Positions 10,164 through 23,519 of a stretch of DNA of 64,000 nt are shown here, in pieces. A program made the position numbers and the translations under genes. Origin of the DNA: Octopus vulgaris (Eukaryota). The stretch lies in the NCBI GenBank assembly GCA_951406725.2, contig OX597814.1:214334001-214398000 (forward strand), read 5' to 3'. The first letter of the stretch is position 1. The number at the start of each line of letters is the position of its first letter. Under the pieces are notes generated by a model. That model did not search any database and was not told the DNA's origin. It was given only the letters and a program-made list of their open reading frames with translations.

Positions 10164-13110
10164 TGTGCCGGTGGCACATAAAAAGCACCATCCGAACGTG
10201 GCCGTTGCCAGCGCTGCCTCGACTGGCTTCTGTGCCGGTAACACATAAAAAGCACCATCCGTACGTGGCCGTTGCCAGCGCTGCCTCGACTGGCTTCTGT
10301 GCCGGTAACACATAAAAGCACCATCCGAACGTGGCCGTTGCCAGCGCTGCCTCGACTGGCTTCTGTGCCGGTAACACATAAAAAGCACCATCCGTACGTG
10401 GCCGTTGCCAGCGCTGCCTCGACTGGCTTCTGTGCCGGTAACACATAAAAACCACCATCCGAACGTGGCCGTTGCCAGCGCTGCCTCGACTGGCTTCTGT
10501 GCCGGTAACACATAAAAAGCACCATCCGAACGTGGCCATTGCCAGCGCTGCCTCGACTGGCTTCTGTGCCGGTAACACATAAAAAGCACCATCCGAACGT
10601 GGCCGTTGCCAGCGCTGCCTCGACTGGCTTCTGTGCCGGTAACACATAAAAAGCACCATCCGAACGTGGCCGTTGCCAGCGCTGCCTCGACTGGCTTCTG
10701 TGCCGGTAACACATAAAAACCACCATCCGAACGTGGCCGTTGCCAGCGCTGCCTCGACTGGCTTCTGTGCCGGTAACACATAAAAACCACCATCCGAACG
10801 TGGCCATTGCCAGCGCTGCCTCGACTGGCTTCTGTGCCAGTAACACATAAAAACCACCATCCGTACGTGGCCGTTGCCAGCGCTGCCTCAACTGGCTTCT
10901 GTGCCGGTAACACATAAAAACCACCATCCGAACGTGGCCATTGCCAGCGCTGCCTCGACTGGCTTCTGTGCCGGTAACACATAAAAACCACCATCCGTAC
11001 GTGGCCGTTGCCAGCGCTGCCTCGACTGGCTTCTGTGCCGGTAACACATAAAAACCACCATCCGAACGTGGCCGTTGCCAGCGCTGCCTCGACTGGCTTC
11101 TGTGCCGGTAACACATAAAAACCACCATCCGAACGTGGCCGTTGCCAGCGCTGCCTCGACTGGCTTCTGTGCCGGTAACACATAAAAACCACCATCCGAA
11201 CGTGGCCATTGCCAGCGCTGCCTCGACTGGCTTCTGTGCCGGTAACACATAAAAACCACCATCCGAACGTGGCCGTTGCCAGCGCTGCCTCGACTGGCTT
11301 CTGTGCCGGTAACACATAAAAACCACCATCCGAACGTGGCCGTTGCCAGCGCTGCCTCGACTGGCTTCTGTGCCGGTAACACATAAAAAGCACCATCCGA
11401 ACGTGGCCATTGCCAGCGCTGCCTCGACTGGCTTCTGTGCCGGTAACACATAAAAAGCACCATCCGAACGTGGCCGTTGCCAGCGCTGCCTCGACTGGCT
11501 TCTGTGCCGGTAACACATAAAAAGCACCATCCGAACGTGGCCGTTGCCAGCGCTGCCTCGACTGGCTTCTGTGCCGGTAACACATAAAAACCACCATCCG
11601 AACGTGGCCATTGCCAGCGCTGCCTCGACTGGCTTCTGTGCCGGTAACACATAAAAACCACCATCCGTACGTGGCCGTTGCCAGCGCTGCCTCGACTGGC
11701 TTCTGTGCCGGTAACACATAAAAACCACCATCCGAACGTGGCCATTGCCAGCGCTGCCTCGACTGGCTTCTGTGCCGGTAACACATAAAAACCACCATCC
11801 GTACGTGGCCGTTGCCAGCGCTGCCTCGACTGGCTTCTGTGCCGGTAACACATAAAAACCACCATCCGAACGTGGCCGTTGCCAGCGCTGCCTCGACTGG
11901 CTTCTGTGCCGGTAACACATAAAAACCACCATCCGAACGTGGCCGTTGCCAGCGCTGCCTCGACTGGCTTCTGTGCCGGTAACACATAAAAACCACCATC
12001 CGAACGTGGCCATTGCCAGCGCTGCCTCGACTGGCTTCTGTGCCGGTAACACATAAAAACCACCATCCGTACGTGGCCGTTGCCAGCGCTGCCTCGACTG
12101 GCTTCTGTGCCGGTAACACATAAAAACCACCATCCGAACGTGGCCATTGCCAGCGCTGCCTCGACTGGCTTCTGTGCCGGTAACACATAAAAACCACCAT
12201 CCGAACGTGGCCGTTGCCAGCGCTGCCTCGACTGGCTTCTGTGCCGGTAACACATAAAAAGCACCATCCGAACGTGGCCGTTGCCAGCGCTGCCTCGACT
12301 GGCTTCTGTGCCGGTAACACATAAAAAGCACCATCCGTACGTGGCCGTTGCCAGTGCCGCCTCGACTGGCTTCTGTGCTGGTGGCACATAAAAAGCACCA
12401 TCTGAACGTGGCCGTTGCCAGTGCCGCCTTGACTGGCTTCTGTGCCGGTGGCACATAAAAAGCACCATCTGAACGTGGCCGTTGCCAGTGCCGCCTTGAC
12501 TGGCTTCTGTGCCGGTGGCACATAAAAAGCACCATCCGAACGTGGCCGTTGCCAGCGCTGCCTCGACTGGCTTCTGTGCCGGTAACACATAAAAAGCACC
12601 ATCCGTACGTGGCCGTTGCCAGCGCTGCCTCGACTGGCTTCTGTGCCGGTAACACATAAAAAGCACCATCCGTACGTGGCCGTTGCCAGTGCCGCCTCGA
12701 CTGGCTTCTGTGCTGGTGGCACATAAAAAGCACCATCTGAACGTGGCCGTTGCCAGTGCCGCCTTGACTGGCTTCTGTGCCGGTGGCACATAAAAAGCAC
12801 CATCCGAACATGGCCGTTGCCAGCGCTGCCTTGACTGGCTTCTGTGCCGGTAACACATAAAAAGCACCATCCGTACGTGGCCGTTGCCAGTGCCGCCTCG
12901 ACTGGCTTCTGTGCTGGTGGCACATAAAAAGCACCATCCGAACGTGGCCGATGCCAGCGCCGCCTCGACTGGCTTCTGTGCCGGTGGCACATAAAAAGCA
13001 CCATCCGAATGTGGCCGATGCCAGCGCCGCCTCGACTGGCTTCTGTGCCGGTGGCACATAAAAAGCACCATCCGAACGTGGCCGATGCCAGCGCCGCCTC
13101 GACTGGCTTC
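10164..13110 (+). repeat. Tandem array of 44 x 67-bp units (one unit is 66 bp)
   Basis: Unit TGTGCCGGTAACACATAAAAA(G/C)CACCATCCG(A/T)ACGTGGCC(G/A)TTGCCAGCGCTGCCTCGACTGGCTTC. Unit starts at 10164, 10231, 10298, 10364, then every 67 bp to 13111. Confidence 0.97.
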
Positions 13111-13361
13111 CGTGCCGGTGGCACGTTAAAAGCACCAACCAATCGTGGCCAATGCCAGACCTCCCCTGGCACCTGTGCAGGTGGCACGTAAAAAGCACGC
13201 ACTACACTCGCGGAGTGGTTGGCACTAGGAAGGGCATCCAGCTGTAGAAACACTGCCAGATCGGACTGGAGCCTGGTGCAGCCCCTAGCTTCCCAGACCC
13301 TGGTCGAACCGTCCAACCCGTGCTAGCGCGGAAAACGGACGTTAAACGATGATGATGATGA
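13111..13361 (+). mobile_element. Family B retroelement 3' end (RTE-LINE 3' terminus) attached to the 67-bp array
   Basis: GAGTGGTTGGC..TAGGAAGGGCATCCAGCTGTAGAAAC...CCGTCCAACCC...AAACG(ATG)n. About 20 copies occur on both strands, e.g. 3189-3349(-), 13704-14132(+), 18574-18848(+), 31637-31876(-), 32566-33055(+), 35585-35787(+), 39561-39908(+), 42257-42512(+), 55680-56041(+). Confidence 0.88.
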
Positions 13362-16300
13362 TTTCCAGGATGTTACGTTTTTAAAATCTGCAGATCACTT
13401 TATTATGTTTATGCTCGTATTGTTTGACATCATCATCATGTGTCTGTTTTCCATGGGTCAGATGGTTTGACAGGATCTGCACCAGGTTCCATTGTCTGTA
13501 TCGGCATGGTTTCTGCAGCTGGATGCTGTTTCTAATCCCAATCCCTTTACAGAGTGTACTGGGTGCTTTTTTTTTTATGTGGCCCCAACAAATTGTAAAG
13601 GGTCTTCATTTAGTGGCAAGTAATATTATATTAATGACTCACTGTAGCAATATTTGTTGGGTATGTAGTGATATCTTGGGCCAAGTGTCTCTTTTTTATA
13701 CATAGCACCATCCGTTCGTGGCCGTTGCCAGCTTCGCCTGGCCCCCGTGCCGGTGGCACGTAAAAGCACCATCCGTTCGTGATCGTTGCCAGCCTCGCCT
13801 GGCCCCCCGTGCCAGTGGCACGTAAAAAGCACCATCCGATCGTGGCCGTTGCCAGCCTCGCCTGGCCCCCCGTGCCACTGGCACGTAAAAAGCACCATCC
13901 GTCCGTGACCATTTGCCAGCTCCGTCTGGCACCTATGCGGGTGGCACGTAAAAAGCACCCACTACACTCATGGAGTGGTTGGCGTTAGGAAGGGCATCCA
14001 GCCGTAGAAACACTGCCAGATCAGACTGGGCCTGATGCAGCCTTCTGGCTTCACAGACCCCAGTTGAACCGTCCAACCCATGCTAGCATGGAAAGTGGAT
14101 GCTAAATGAAATGATGATGATGATGATGATGATCATCATCATCATCGTTTAGCGTCCGTTTTCCATGCTAGCATGGGTTGGACGGACATATATATATAAA
14201 ACCCTGAGTTGTCCCATCCATGCCTTGTGAGTGAAACTATGGCTGTCCATCTGCTGGACTCTGCCTGTAGTTCAAGGCCTTGTCTTGCTGATTCTGCTTG
14301 AGAATTATATTAAAGATATACATGTCTGTGGAATATTCGGTCACTTCCTAATTCATTCAGACTGTTAGTTCAGTTGATCAAGCAACTGATAACATACAGT
14401 CTGACTAGAGCGATTATATAAACTGTTTATAAAACACTTAAAAAAATTTTTAAAGAATTTTTTCTTTAGAAAAAAAGCTAGAAATCATTGAAATATTGTT
14501 TACATTATTAAACTTGAGCCACTGCTGGTTTTAATTATCACTTCTATTCAGGTATGTGTTAAGATTCTTTGATTCTATTATATATCACTCTATTTATCTG
14601 ATTATAGAAGCAGTGACTTGAGGTTTAAGATAATCTCCATATAGATTTTACTTTTGTTCTTTTATGTTGTGTGGTTTTTATCAAATTGTTTTGGTGTCAG
14701 ATAAAACATATGTAAATAGTGCATTGGCTTGTCTAGTAAAGCTTTCATTTCTTTTATAAAGTTGGTAACATTGCTGTTTAATTGTCTTATTTTTATTTAA
14801 TATTGCAATTGGTGAAAAATAACATCATTGATTACAGGTTTCCAATGGGTTAGTTGCTGGTTCACTGCTTGTCTGATGGCGAGAGGTACAAGGGTTGTCT
14901 AACTCAGCAAAACAAAATTCACACAGGGTAATTTTCTTTGAAAGCACCTGTTTTTCAGGTTTCCTCACCAATGTTTACACCTTTTGACTAAAAATACATA
15001 TTTGGATGTCCATATTGATATGTGTGCCCCAATATATATATTTTTGTCAATAGATTATTCTTTGTTTGCATTGAGTTCCTTCACATCTAACACCCGGAAA
15101 TGGATACTGTGGTATATGTTCTGAATGATATTAATATACACCCCAACACATGCACACACTTGTGACCGGTTTCTACAGTGTTTCCTTGTACAGAATGTCA
15201 CGTTTAAAATGTTAGTCAACCTGGAACCATGTGATTGTAAAGTGAACTTCTTAACCACACAGCTATTAATCATTTCACCAAATAGAAAAACTTATCTAGT
15301 TCGTTAACTTGATGTTGACACAGATTTTGATATGATTGTTCTATGTTGTCTGAATTGTACCTTCATGATCATTTTGATGTCTGTCTTTCTATCCTATCAC
15401 GGGATGAATGCATATAATAATTTGTCTTGGTCTTTCATCATCTCTTCTGTGAAGCTTAACACCCTTAGATCTAAGATTATCACTTCTTCCTAGGTCTTCC
15501 TTGGCACTTCTGTTTTCATTGTCCATTCACATTACATGTTCATAAGTGTAACTGGCTTGTTTGAATACATTAGCTGATGTCTGTAATGCCTAGCAACTCT
15601 CATCTCACTTCTGTTTTCTCTCTCTCTCTCATGCAGTTCACTAGATGTTACTCATTTAGCCTCTTTCAGTTCTCCACTGATTAGCAACATTCAATGCTCA
15701 GGTCCTGTTGCTATCAGCATCAGGTTTCATCGATATGCTCCACATAATCTTTCATTATTCACATCATTTATTGTTTTCCTTTAATGTTTGCTTTTCATGC
15801 TGGCTTGGGTGGAACAGTTTGATAGGAGCTGGCAAGGCCAGGAGCTGCATCAGGCTCCATTGTCTGTTTTTGGCATGGTTTCTAAAGCAGGATGCCCTTC
15901 CTTATGCCAATCACTATACAGTGTACTGGGTACTTTTTCTGTGGCAACTACACAGAGCGACAAATTTTTTGTTGCCATTTGAGGTAACGGCTTTCTAAAC
16001 ATACACTGTTTTCTTACTATAACAACTATCCTTTTCATTATAGTCGTCTCCAGAACTAATTAGACCACTTTTCTAACAGAAACTTAACTCCATCTATTGA
16101 ACCATCTTAAATTTCATGGTCTTCATTGGTGCTCTTACTTTTAAATACTTGAGATCCCCTTCGGTCATGACTAACGATGGGATTGCACCTAGAAAATTAC
16201 CCTCCCAGGCACAAGTCCGGGCAAGGTTGTTTATGGAAGACCAGCAGTCGCCCATGCATACTGGCCTCCCCTCTGCGCGCCACCAGTGTTACCCAAGGGA

Positions 16301-16779
16301 AAGGCGAAGGCCAATACAGCTTGGCAGCTGTGACGTCGCAACTCATTTCTACAGCTGAGTAAACTATTGTACATATAATATATCAGTTCTTTGAAGGTAT
16401 GCCACTGATTTTAGACAACTCTTTGCATAGTTATTTTTTACCATGACTATGCAGTATCAATGCCTACCTATTCCTTTCCTACATGTTAGGCAAAATCAGT
16501 TTCTCAATGACTCCAAAATTTTTGTACTTTACAATGAATAGTTCTGCAGCTCAATCTATCTATTTTGCATTAAGAACCAGGTCGTCATCTTATGAAAATT
16601 CTGGAAGACAAACAATCCTGAACTCTTGTGTTACCACCCCAAGAAATATAATGAAGAGGAAGCTGAGGGAAAAGACAAGAAAGTATTAGTTCAGTAAGAT
16701 CTGTACTGAACTAACTGCTAACTCAGACATTGTTTACATCATTCCTTGTAATAATGGCTTACACTGTCTTACAAGTCTA

Positions 16780-16985
16780 TATACACTAGAACTGCAAATT
16801 GGAGGGCTGTGTCAAAATTATTCTCAAGATTGACAAATGCAAAGTTGTTGTTTTTAAGAACTTCTTTTGCAGTTATCTCATTAAAATCTAGCATGTTTTG
16901 AAATTTGAATTGTATCTCATCTAAGCTAACCATATCCTGTACTAACTTTGCTAAAACTCTCTCAGCTATTACCAAAATTTGTTGA
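16780..16985 (-). pseudogene. Highly decayed RTE-type reverse transcriptase fragment
   Basis: VIAERV...VSLDEIQF...AFVNLENNFD resembles LINE RT motifs (E.QFGF ... AFVDLEKAFD). Confidence 0.6.
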
Positions 16986-19002
16986 TCTGTTTGAGCTTTC
17001 TATATTTTCACCCTTCTTTACATTGCTTTTTCCCTTCAGTTTTTTTTTCTTTCTAAGTTTTGTCTGGAGGAAAAAGCTGTGTCCATGACCATTACATGTC
17101 TTTGGAGATCAACACTGTTTACATGCCACTTGTTGGATACCAAGAGAATGAGAGAAAAAAACATGGAAAGGAATTTCAAAGGGTTGACATTCTGATAAGA
17201 AAGGACTAGGAATTGTGTTTAGTGAAGAGCCTAGGCTACATTATACAGGTGACAAGAGGAAGAGAGGTGAATGAGTTGGGAGTATCTGGGTGAAGGCTGA
17301 ATGTGACCAGCTAAATTTGAGAAGAGGTTGTCATGATCATAGATGTACTGTTGCCAGGTATAAATGTGCTGTCACCTCTGTCAAAGACAGGTGGTAACAC
17401 ATCTAAGGCTCTGCACCTGGAGTATGTTAGTAAATAACTTCGTACTAATCAATCAAGTGGCCTTTCTATGTCTAACAACAACATTCTATTGTTGGTCTTA
17501 GCTGAACTTTGTAGAAATTAGTTGGAGGATGAGGTATGTTCTGTCTCTGAAGAAGGCCAAGCTTTGTGATGCAGTTTTGGCTACATAGATGCACTTGAAT
17601 ATGAGGTGTAGCATTTGTGGAAACTTTGAGGGTTTTTGGATGTGTGCTGTTTAGATTTATGAGTTGGGTTGGATACTCTTTTCTTGATGTCTGGTGATTG
17701 CATCTTTGTGCTGTTGAATGAGACATGATTCCATTGAAAGGTGTTTTTAAGGCTTCTGTTCATGGAACTGATGAAAATTCAGTGTGAGGTATGTGGGTCA
17801 CCTGTAGATGACACTTAGGTGAGGCAGACCACAGGGAAGTAAAGGGTGGTGGCATTATCTGTGCATGTGATGGAAGTGGCAGGAGGAAGAGATTTGCCAG
17901 TGTGGGAAAACCAGTTGACAAAATGGCACAAATTGATTAGAAATCATTGATTTAAAAGACAAGAGACAGGTGAAGTTGATAGGTAGACTGTTTTGTCAGC
18001 TGACTTGTATGCTAGATATGGTTGAAAGCTTTGCTGATGTTGAGAACAATAACAATTTTCTCTAAATTTCTGGTGTGTAATGGAGGAGAGTAGGTAGATT
18101 TAGCTTTATGACAGTAGTATTGGTGACCATTAAAGAGGGAGAGAGAATGGAAATATTTGTCACCTGGTTAGGGCCTTGTTCCATCATTATGACTGGCCAG
18201 TGCTTTTGAAGCTGTTATAATTCTCTCTCTCTCTCTCTATCAAAATAAGCATCATGTAGTGCTATTTGGAAGTTTCACCTAACCTCTCTTAACTTCCACA
18301 TCTTCCTTTAGAGGTTCTTCATCTCCCAGACTCTGTTGAGAGAAACCTTCCATTTTCGCATTTACCAGAAAACAAAATGTTTAGTTTTCTGCTTAGTACA
18401 AAATCAATAAAGTTCTTGGCATTTGAGTGGCTAGTGTTCGTTTGGTTGACTGGCTTTCTGAAATTAGTGTTGCATTACAGTACTCCAAGAGTCCATATCT
18501 TGTATCATGGTTACTGTGTTCACTAGTATACCAATCTTGATATTTTCTAATATAGCTATTGAAATTGGCAACCTTGATGCCAGCCTCGTCTGGCCTCCGT
18601 GCCGGTGGCACGTAAAAAACACCATCCGAGCATGGCAGTTCGCCAACCTCGTCTGGCACCTGTGTCGGTGGCACATAAAAAGCACTCACTACACTCACGG
18701 AGTCGTTGGCATTAGGAAGGGCATCCAGCTGTAGAAACATTGCCAGGTAAGACTGGAGCCTGGTGCAGCCTTCGGGCTTCCCAGACCCCAGTTGAACCGT
18801 CCAACCCATGCTAGCATGGAAAGCGGACGTTAAATGATGATGATGATGGTATCACTGCTGTTTGTTCTTAAGGTTGACTGAAAAAGAGTGTCTTTGTTCA
18901 TCTGTCAATCCTGTTCATTTGCATAAGTTGAGGTCATAAATGCTGTCATTTTACCTGTTACTAATCTGAAACTTTTTAAATTCTATCAATACTTCAACTA
19001 TG

Positions 19003-19343
19003 AAGTTACATGGCTCAGTGGTTAGAGTGTTGGGCTCAAAATAATAAGGTTGTGAGTTCGATACCCGGAACCAGGATATGCATTGTGTTCTTGAGCAAGA
19101 CACTTTATTTCATGTTGCTCCAGTTCACTCAGCTGTAGAAATTAGTTGTGACATCACTCACTGTTGCTCAGCTGTATTGGCCTTCACCTTGAATAACATT
19201 GGTGATGTGTAGAGGGGAGGCTGGTATGCATGGGCAACTGCTGGTCTTCCATAAACAACTTTGTCTGGACTTGTGCCTCGGAGGGGAACTTTCTAGGTGA
19301 AATCCCTTGGTCATTCATGACCGAAGTGGGTATTTACTCTTTT
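19003..19343 (+). mobile_element. tRNA-derived SINE family G (3' part also at 16152-16363, - strand)
   Basis: TGGCTCAGTGG and GAGTTCGATACC A/B boxes; the 3' half is a diverged reverse complement of 16152-16363. Confidence 0.75.
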
Positions 19344-20377
19344 ACTTCAATTACATTATCTACCTATTTGTAAGAGTAAGCCTGCACCACCTTTATTAAA
19401 TACTGGATACAATTGTTTCCCATCAAAAAAAATTTTTACATTTTTGCCTGAGATTTGTCTAGTTGAACCCCTTCTCTAGCTCTCTTATTATACACACTAC
19501 ATTTCCATTCTATGCTTTAACTCTAAAACGGTTCCTGTTAATATCTTCCTTTCTTAGTTTAGTAAACATTCCACTAAATTTTTCATCGTAGTTCTGTGCT
19601 ATCATTCCTGATGAGCTGCTTATTTCATAACATAAACTTTTGCTCTTAGTGCTGTCCAGTAAGTTGTCTTGGGGCTAATTGTCCTTTCTCCAATATGAAC
19701 TCTTTATTGTTGTTTCCTACCCTGAATAAGTAATTAATAGTGTTATAGAGAACTAGGTGCTTGTAGATGCATTTTTTCAGTTTACCTCTATTTGATATTC
19801 TCCACCTTACTTTCGAGAGATAGTCTTTGTGTACACAAGATTTTTGTTTCCTTTTCTGGTCTAGAAGCTGCTGATATAGTTTTTGTATAGTTATGCTTAA
19901 TTAATGAGGAACCAGTTTATTATTATTTATTTTTTTTTGTTCCCTAATTTTATTGCAGATAGATTCATTTCCATAACAGAACTTGAAGCTTTCCTTATAT
20001 TTCATTATCATCATCATCATTGATTAATGTCTGGTCTCCATGCTGGCATAGGTTGGACAGCTTGACATGGGGCTGGCTAGCAGGGAGCTGCCTGGACTCC
20101 AACTGTCTTTTGTGGCATAGTTACTATGGCTGTATGCCCTTCCTAATGCCAACCACTTAACAGACTGCTCAGTGCTTTTTACATGTCACTGTCATGGGTG
20201 CATTTAAACAGCACTGGCTTGGATGTGTTAACGCAGCACCCAGCACCTGAGAGGACAAGCCTGTATGTGTGGAAGACATTTTACTTAACCTGATGTGTCT
20301 TATCAAGTACAGCAAATTGCCACATCTCCAACATTTCATTCTGTATCATAACAGATCTTTAGATGATTTTAGTAACA

Positions 20378-20573
20378 TACTCTTTACTCTTTTACTTGTT
20401 TCAGTCATTTGACTGCGGCCATGCTGGAGCACCGCCTTTAATCGAGCAACTCAACCCTGGGACTTATTCTTTGTAAGCCCAGTACTTATTCTATCGGTCT
20501 CTTTTGCCGAACCGCTAAGTGACAGGGACGTAAACACACCAGCATTGGTTGTCAAGCAATGCTAGGGGGACAA

Positions 20574-20628
<55 letters not shown>

Positions 20629-20794
20629 TATATACGACAGGCTTCTTTCAGTTTTCGTCTACCAAATCCACTCACAAGGCATTGGTTGGCCCGGGTCTAT
20701 AGCAGAAGACACTTGCCCAAGATTCCACGCAGTGGGACTGAACCCGGAACCATGTGGTTGGTTAGCAAGCTACTTACCACACAGCCACTCCTGC
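20378..20794 (-). mobile_element. tRNA-derived SINE family C with internal (TA)/(TG) microsatellite
   Basis: On the - strand: TGGCTGTGTGG A box, GGTTCAGTCCC B box, central microsatellite and (AAAAGAGT)n tail. Multiple near-identical copies in the window. Confidence 0.88.
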
Positions 20795-22311
20795 ATATCA
20801 GGTTTTTTTTTTTTTTTTTTTTTTGAGGATTGCTAGCCCCTCTTTTAATGATTTCCATTTCAGGAGAAGGGTGTTATGAGTAGTCTTCTATGACTTTTCT
20901 CACAGTTCAGTTTTTGCTTATTCCGAGAGGGCGAGAAGAATTGATTCATGTACTTAAATGGTACTTTATCAACCCCAGAAATTATGAAAGGAAAAGTTGT
21001 CCTTGGTGAGGTTTGAACTTGGAGAGCAAAGAACTGGAAATACCATAAATCATTCTGCCCAACACTCTGAGTCTGCCAAATTACTTTCATTATGATCTGC
21101 ATAGATGTTAACTTGCCCTTTTATGGCGGAATAAATTTTCACTGAAATTTTAATGTACAAGAATTTTTGTATTGTGTATGGTGTTGTGTAAAAGCTGTTT
21201 CCTAGTTCTGGAATCATCACAATATTCTTCCTTGTACTTTTTCTGATATTAAATAGAAGTGAAAAAAGTCAGGTTTAAGAGACATTTTCGTGGTTATATA
21301 TATTCTTATGTTACATTCTATTGTTATTCACTTAAGTCATTAGTTTTTAAAGAAAAGACAAACAATAACAATTCCCCTTTCATTAGCTGTGGGGGATCCT
21401 CTATTTGCAAATGATGCTGATCAAATATTTAAATGGATCACTAATTGATTTAGCTATATATTTTATTCATTTATTATTTTTACATTTGAATTCATCTACT
21501 TGAGAGAATTAACAACTTAGTGATCTTAGACTGAAATTAAAAAGTTTGTTGATTAGGTTCTGTGAGCTACAATTACTGTATTCTCTCATATTTGAAATGA
21601 TTGTGGATATTCAAACTATTGTTTATTTTATTTTACTTGCTCTCCTCCCCCCCCTCAAAAAAAAAAAAAACTATACAAATAACCTTGTAATATACTATTA
21701 TGGTAGAATTGGAGAAATCTAATTCTGGTTATCAGATGGTTTTTGCTGTTACGCAAGTAATTTTGCAAATGAACACTTTTTAAATTTAAGAATAGTTTTT
21801 TTTTCTCAATTTTTAAACTTTGTTTTCATTTTGATAGTTAATACAAATTTCTTGAATATACTTAGATTAACTTTACAACCTAATTTTCTCAGTACTTTTA
21901 AATTCAGTTAAAACTTTGAGTGGACAGTGGCAACCAAACACTTGAAGATGACCCATATAACCAAATACACAAGAAGTGTTTTAAGCTATGCAACAGTTGG
22001 TCATTTTATTGATTTTTTTAAAGAATTTGATTGTCAGGTCAACACTAGCTACATCTGTACTCAAAATTGTAAGTTACTGGGGTGATAACTATATTGCTCA
22101 TGTTGATTCTTTCTGGCTGGATCACCATTCTTTCGATAGCGTCACCATTGCACATCATCATCATCATCTACTACATCATTTTATGTGTTTTTCCATGCTG
22201 GCTTGGTTTTGGATGAACTTTCTCCAACATGATGTTTTGCCACTTGCTGCTGTCCTTTGTCACCTTCTTCAGGAAATTCAGCCTTCTCTGTTTTTACCTT
22301 CGTTTTTTTGG

Positions 22312-22738
22312 GGATCTTTTCAGTTTGAACGGCAGTTTTTAAAATAATTTCTAGGTAACTAAAAAATGTTAAACTTCGTATACTGGTAGAATGTGTTTAT
22401 AAAACATCTTTTTCTCTTGGCTTTATTGAGAAAATTCTATAGTTTGTAAGATGTTTGTTGTTTTTTTTTCCTTCAATTTTTGCAATTTCAACCAATCAAT
22501 GACGTCCATTGAGGTAAAAAAAACATTCTGTGCTGTATGAATATGTCCCTCGTTTAAGAAACAGATTGGGTTTATTTACATTTGTGAAGAAAAAAAGATA
22601 CCCTTCTCCCCACCCCCAACCTTAACCCTAACCCTAAAACAGATTGAAATGCAATAGATCGATACTAGGGTAATAATTATGGGTGACAATTTCATATGAC
22701 ACCGCTAGAAAAAACTGCCGTTCAAACCGAAAAGATCT
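22312..22738. mobile_element. MITE with ~28-bp TIRs (GGATCTTTTCRGTTTGAACGGCAGTTTTT), Merlin-like
   Basis: TIRs visible at both ends, approximate 8-9 bp T-rich TSD, and a second locus at 59615-60366. Confidence 0.8.
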
Positions 22739-22879
22739 GTTTTTTGTTGATCTTCTTTATGGTTCCTTCCACTCAGATAACTTAGTGATTATTCATTCAG
22801 CTATCACACTCTCTATATACATGTCCATATCAGTTCATTCTTCTTGCACACTATATCTGGTTTTTGTTTTCTCTTAGCT

Positions 22880-23460
22880 CATTTGTACCTTGTCATTCAT
22901 GCACATTAACATTACACATTCAGTAGAGCATGCTCACTTCATTTATTTTACCTAACAGTCATGCATCCTTCACATTCAGTGCTCATGTTTTGCCACCATG
23001 CAATATTATACTTCACACATAAGCATTTTACATTCTTCCTTTCACTTGGATAGAGGGCCCTTTTGTTGCCAACAGGGGTTATAGCTCCTTGAACTTTTTC
23101 TACCCGTTTCTTACATTGTCAACTATGCTTTTAGAAAACCATCCTCCACTGCTGTTTGGTCACCTAGGAAATGGAAGCTTTAAAATTTTTTGTCATCCTT
23201 TCTGTAATTCTATTGTATCTCTTGGGTGCTCTGTATGGTATTTCTATTTCTTTTATGCAAATTGAGAACCCCTTTTCCCGATGGAAGCAGTCCCATCTTG
23301 TATTCTTTCTTGCTAGCTTAAAACTTTTTGTTTTTTATTCTTGACTATGTTTACATTCACACCTTGATTCTGTTTCACTTTTGCATTTTGAATTTCTTCC
23401 CAAATTCTTTGGCAGATTCAGTAGTCAGATTAGGTCATTGGCATACGTTCCCATGGACAT
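22880..23460 (-). pseudogene. Decayed RTE-type LINE fragment (- strand)
   Basis: The reverse strand around 23050-23110 reads KFKEL*PLLATKG, homologous to KFRELLPLLATK at 50531-50914. Confidence 0.55.
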
Positions 23461-23519
23461 GACCTGTGCCTATCCACTTTTTATATTTTAAAGCAAATAG
23501 GCAGTTTGTAATATATATC

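Noticed and set aside
10164-13110. CRISPR-like array
   Set aside because: Units are contiguous with no unique spacers, there are no cas genes, and the context is a eukaryotic intron.
9820-13316. Overlapping 346-1067 aa ORFs in all three - strand frames
   Set aside because: The 67-bp unit has no stop on that strand and 67 is not a multiple of 3, so every frame gives the same 67-aa repeat. It is TE-derived with no domain or splice support.
17100-18200. Possible old LINE endonuclease region (also ~38560-39500 and ~33300-33660)
   Set aside because: Composition suggests decayed retroelement sequence, but I could not read diagnostic motifs reliably enough to call it.
19607-19650. CTGATGAG hammerhead core (also CTGATGA...GAAA at ~44602)
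   Set aside because: No GAAA or stem II pairing in the required arrangement.
22615-22640. Interstitial telomere (TAACCC)n
   Set aside because: Only about two units, and they are an internal part of the MITE.
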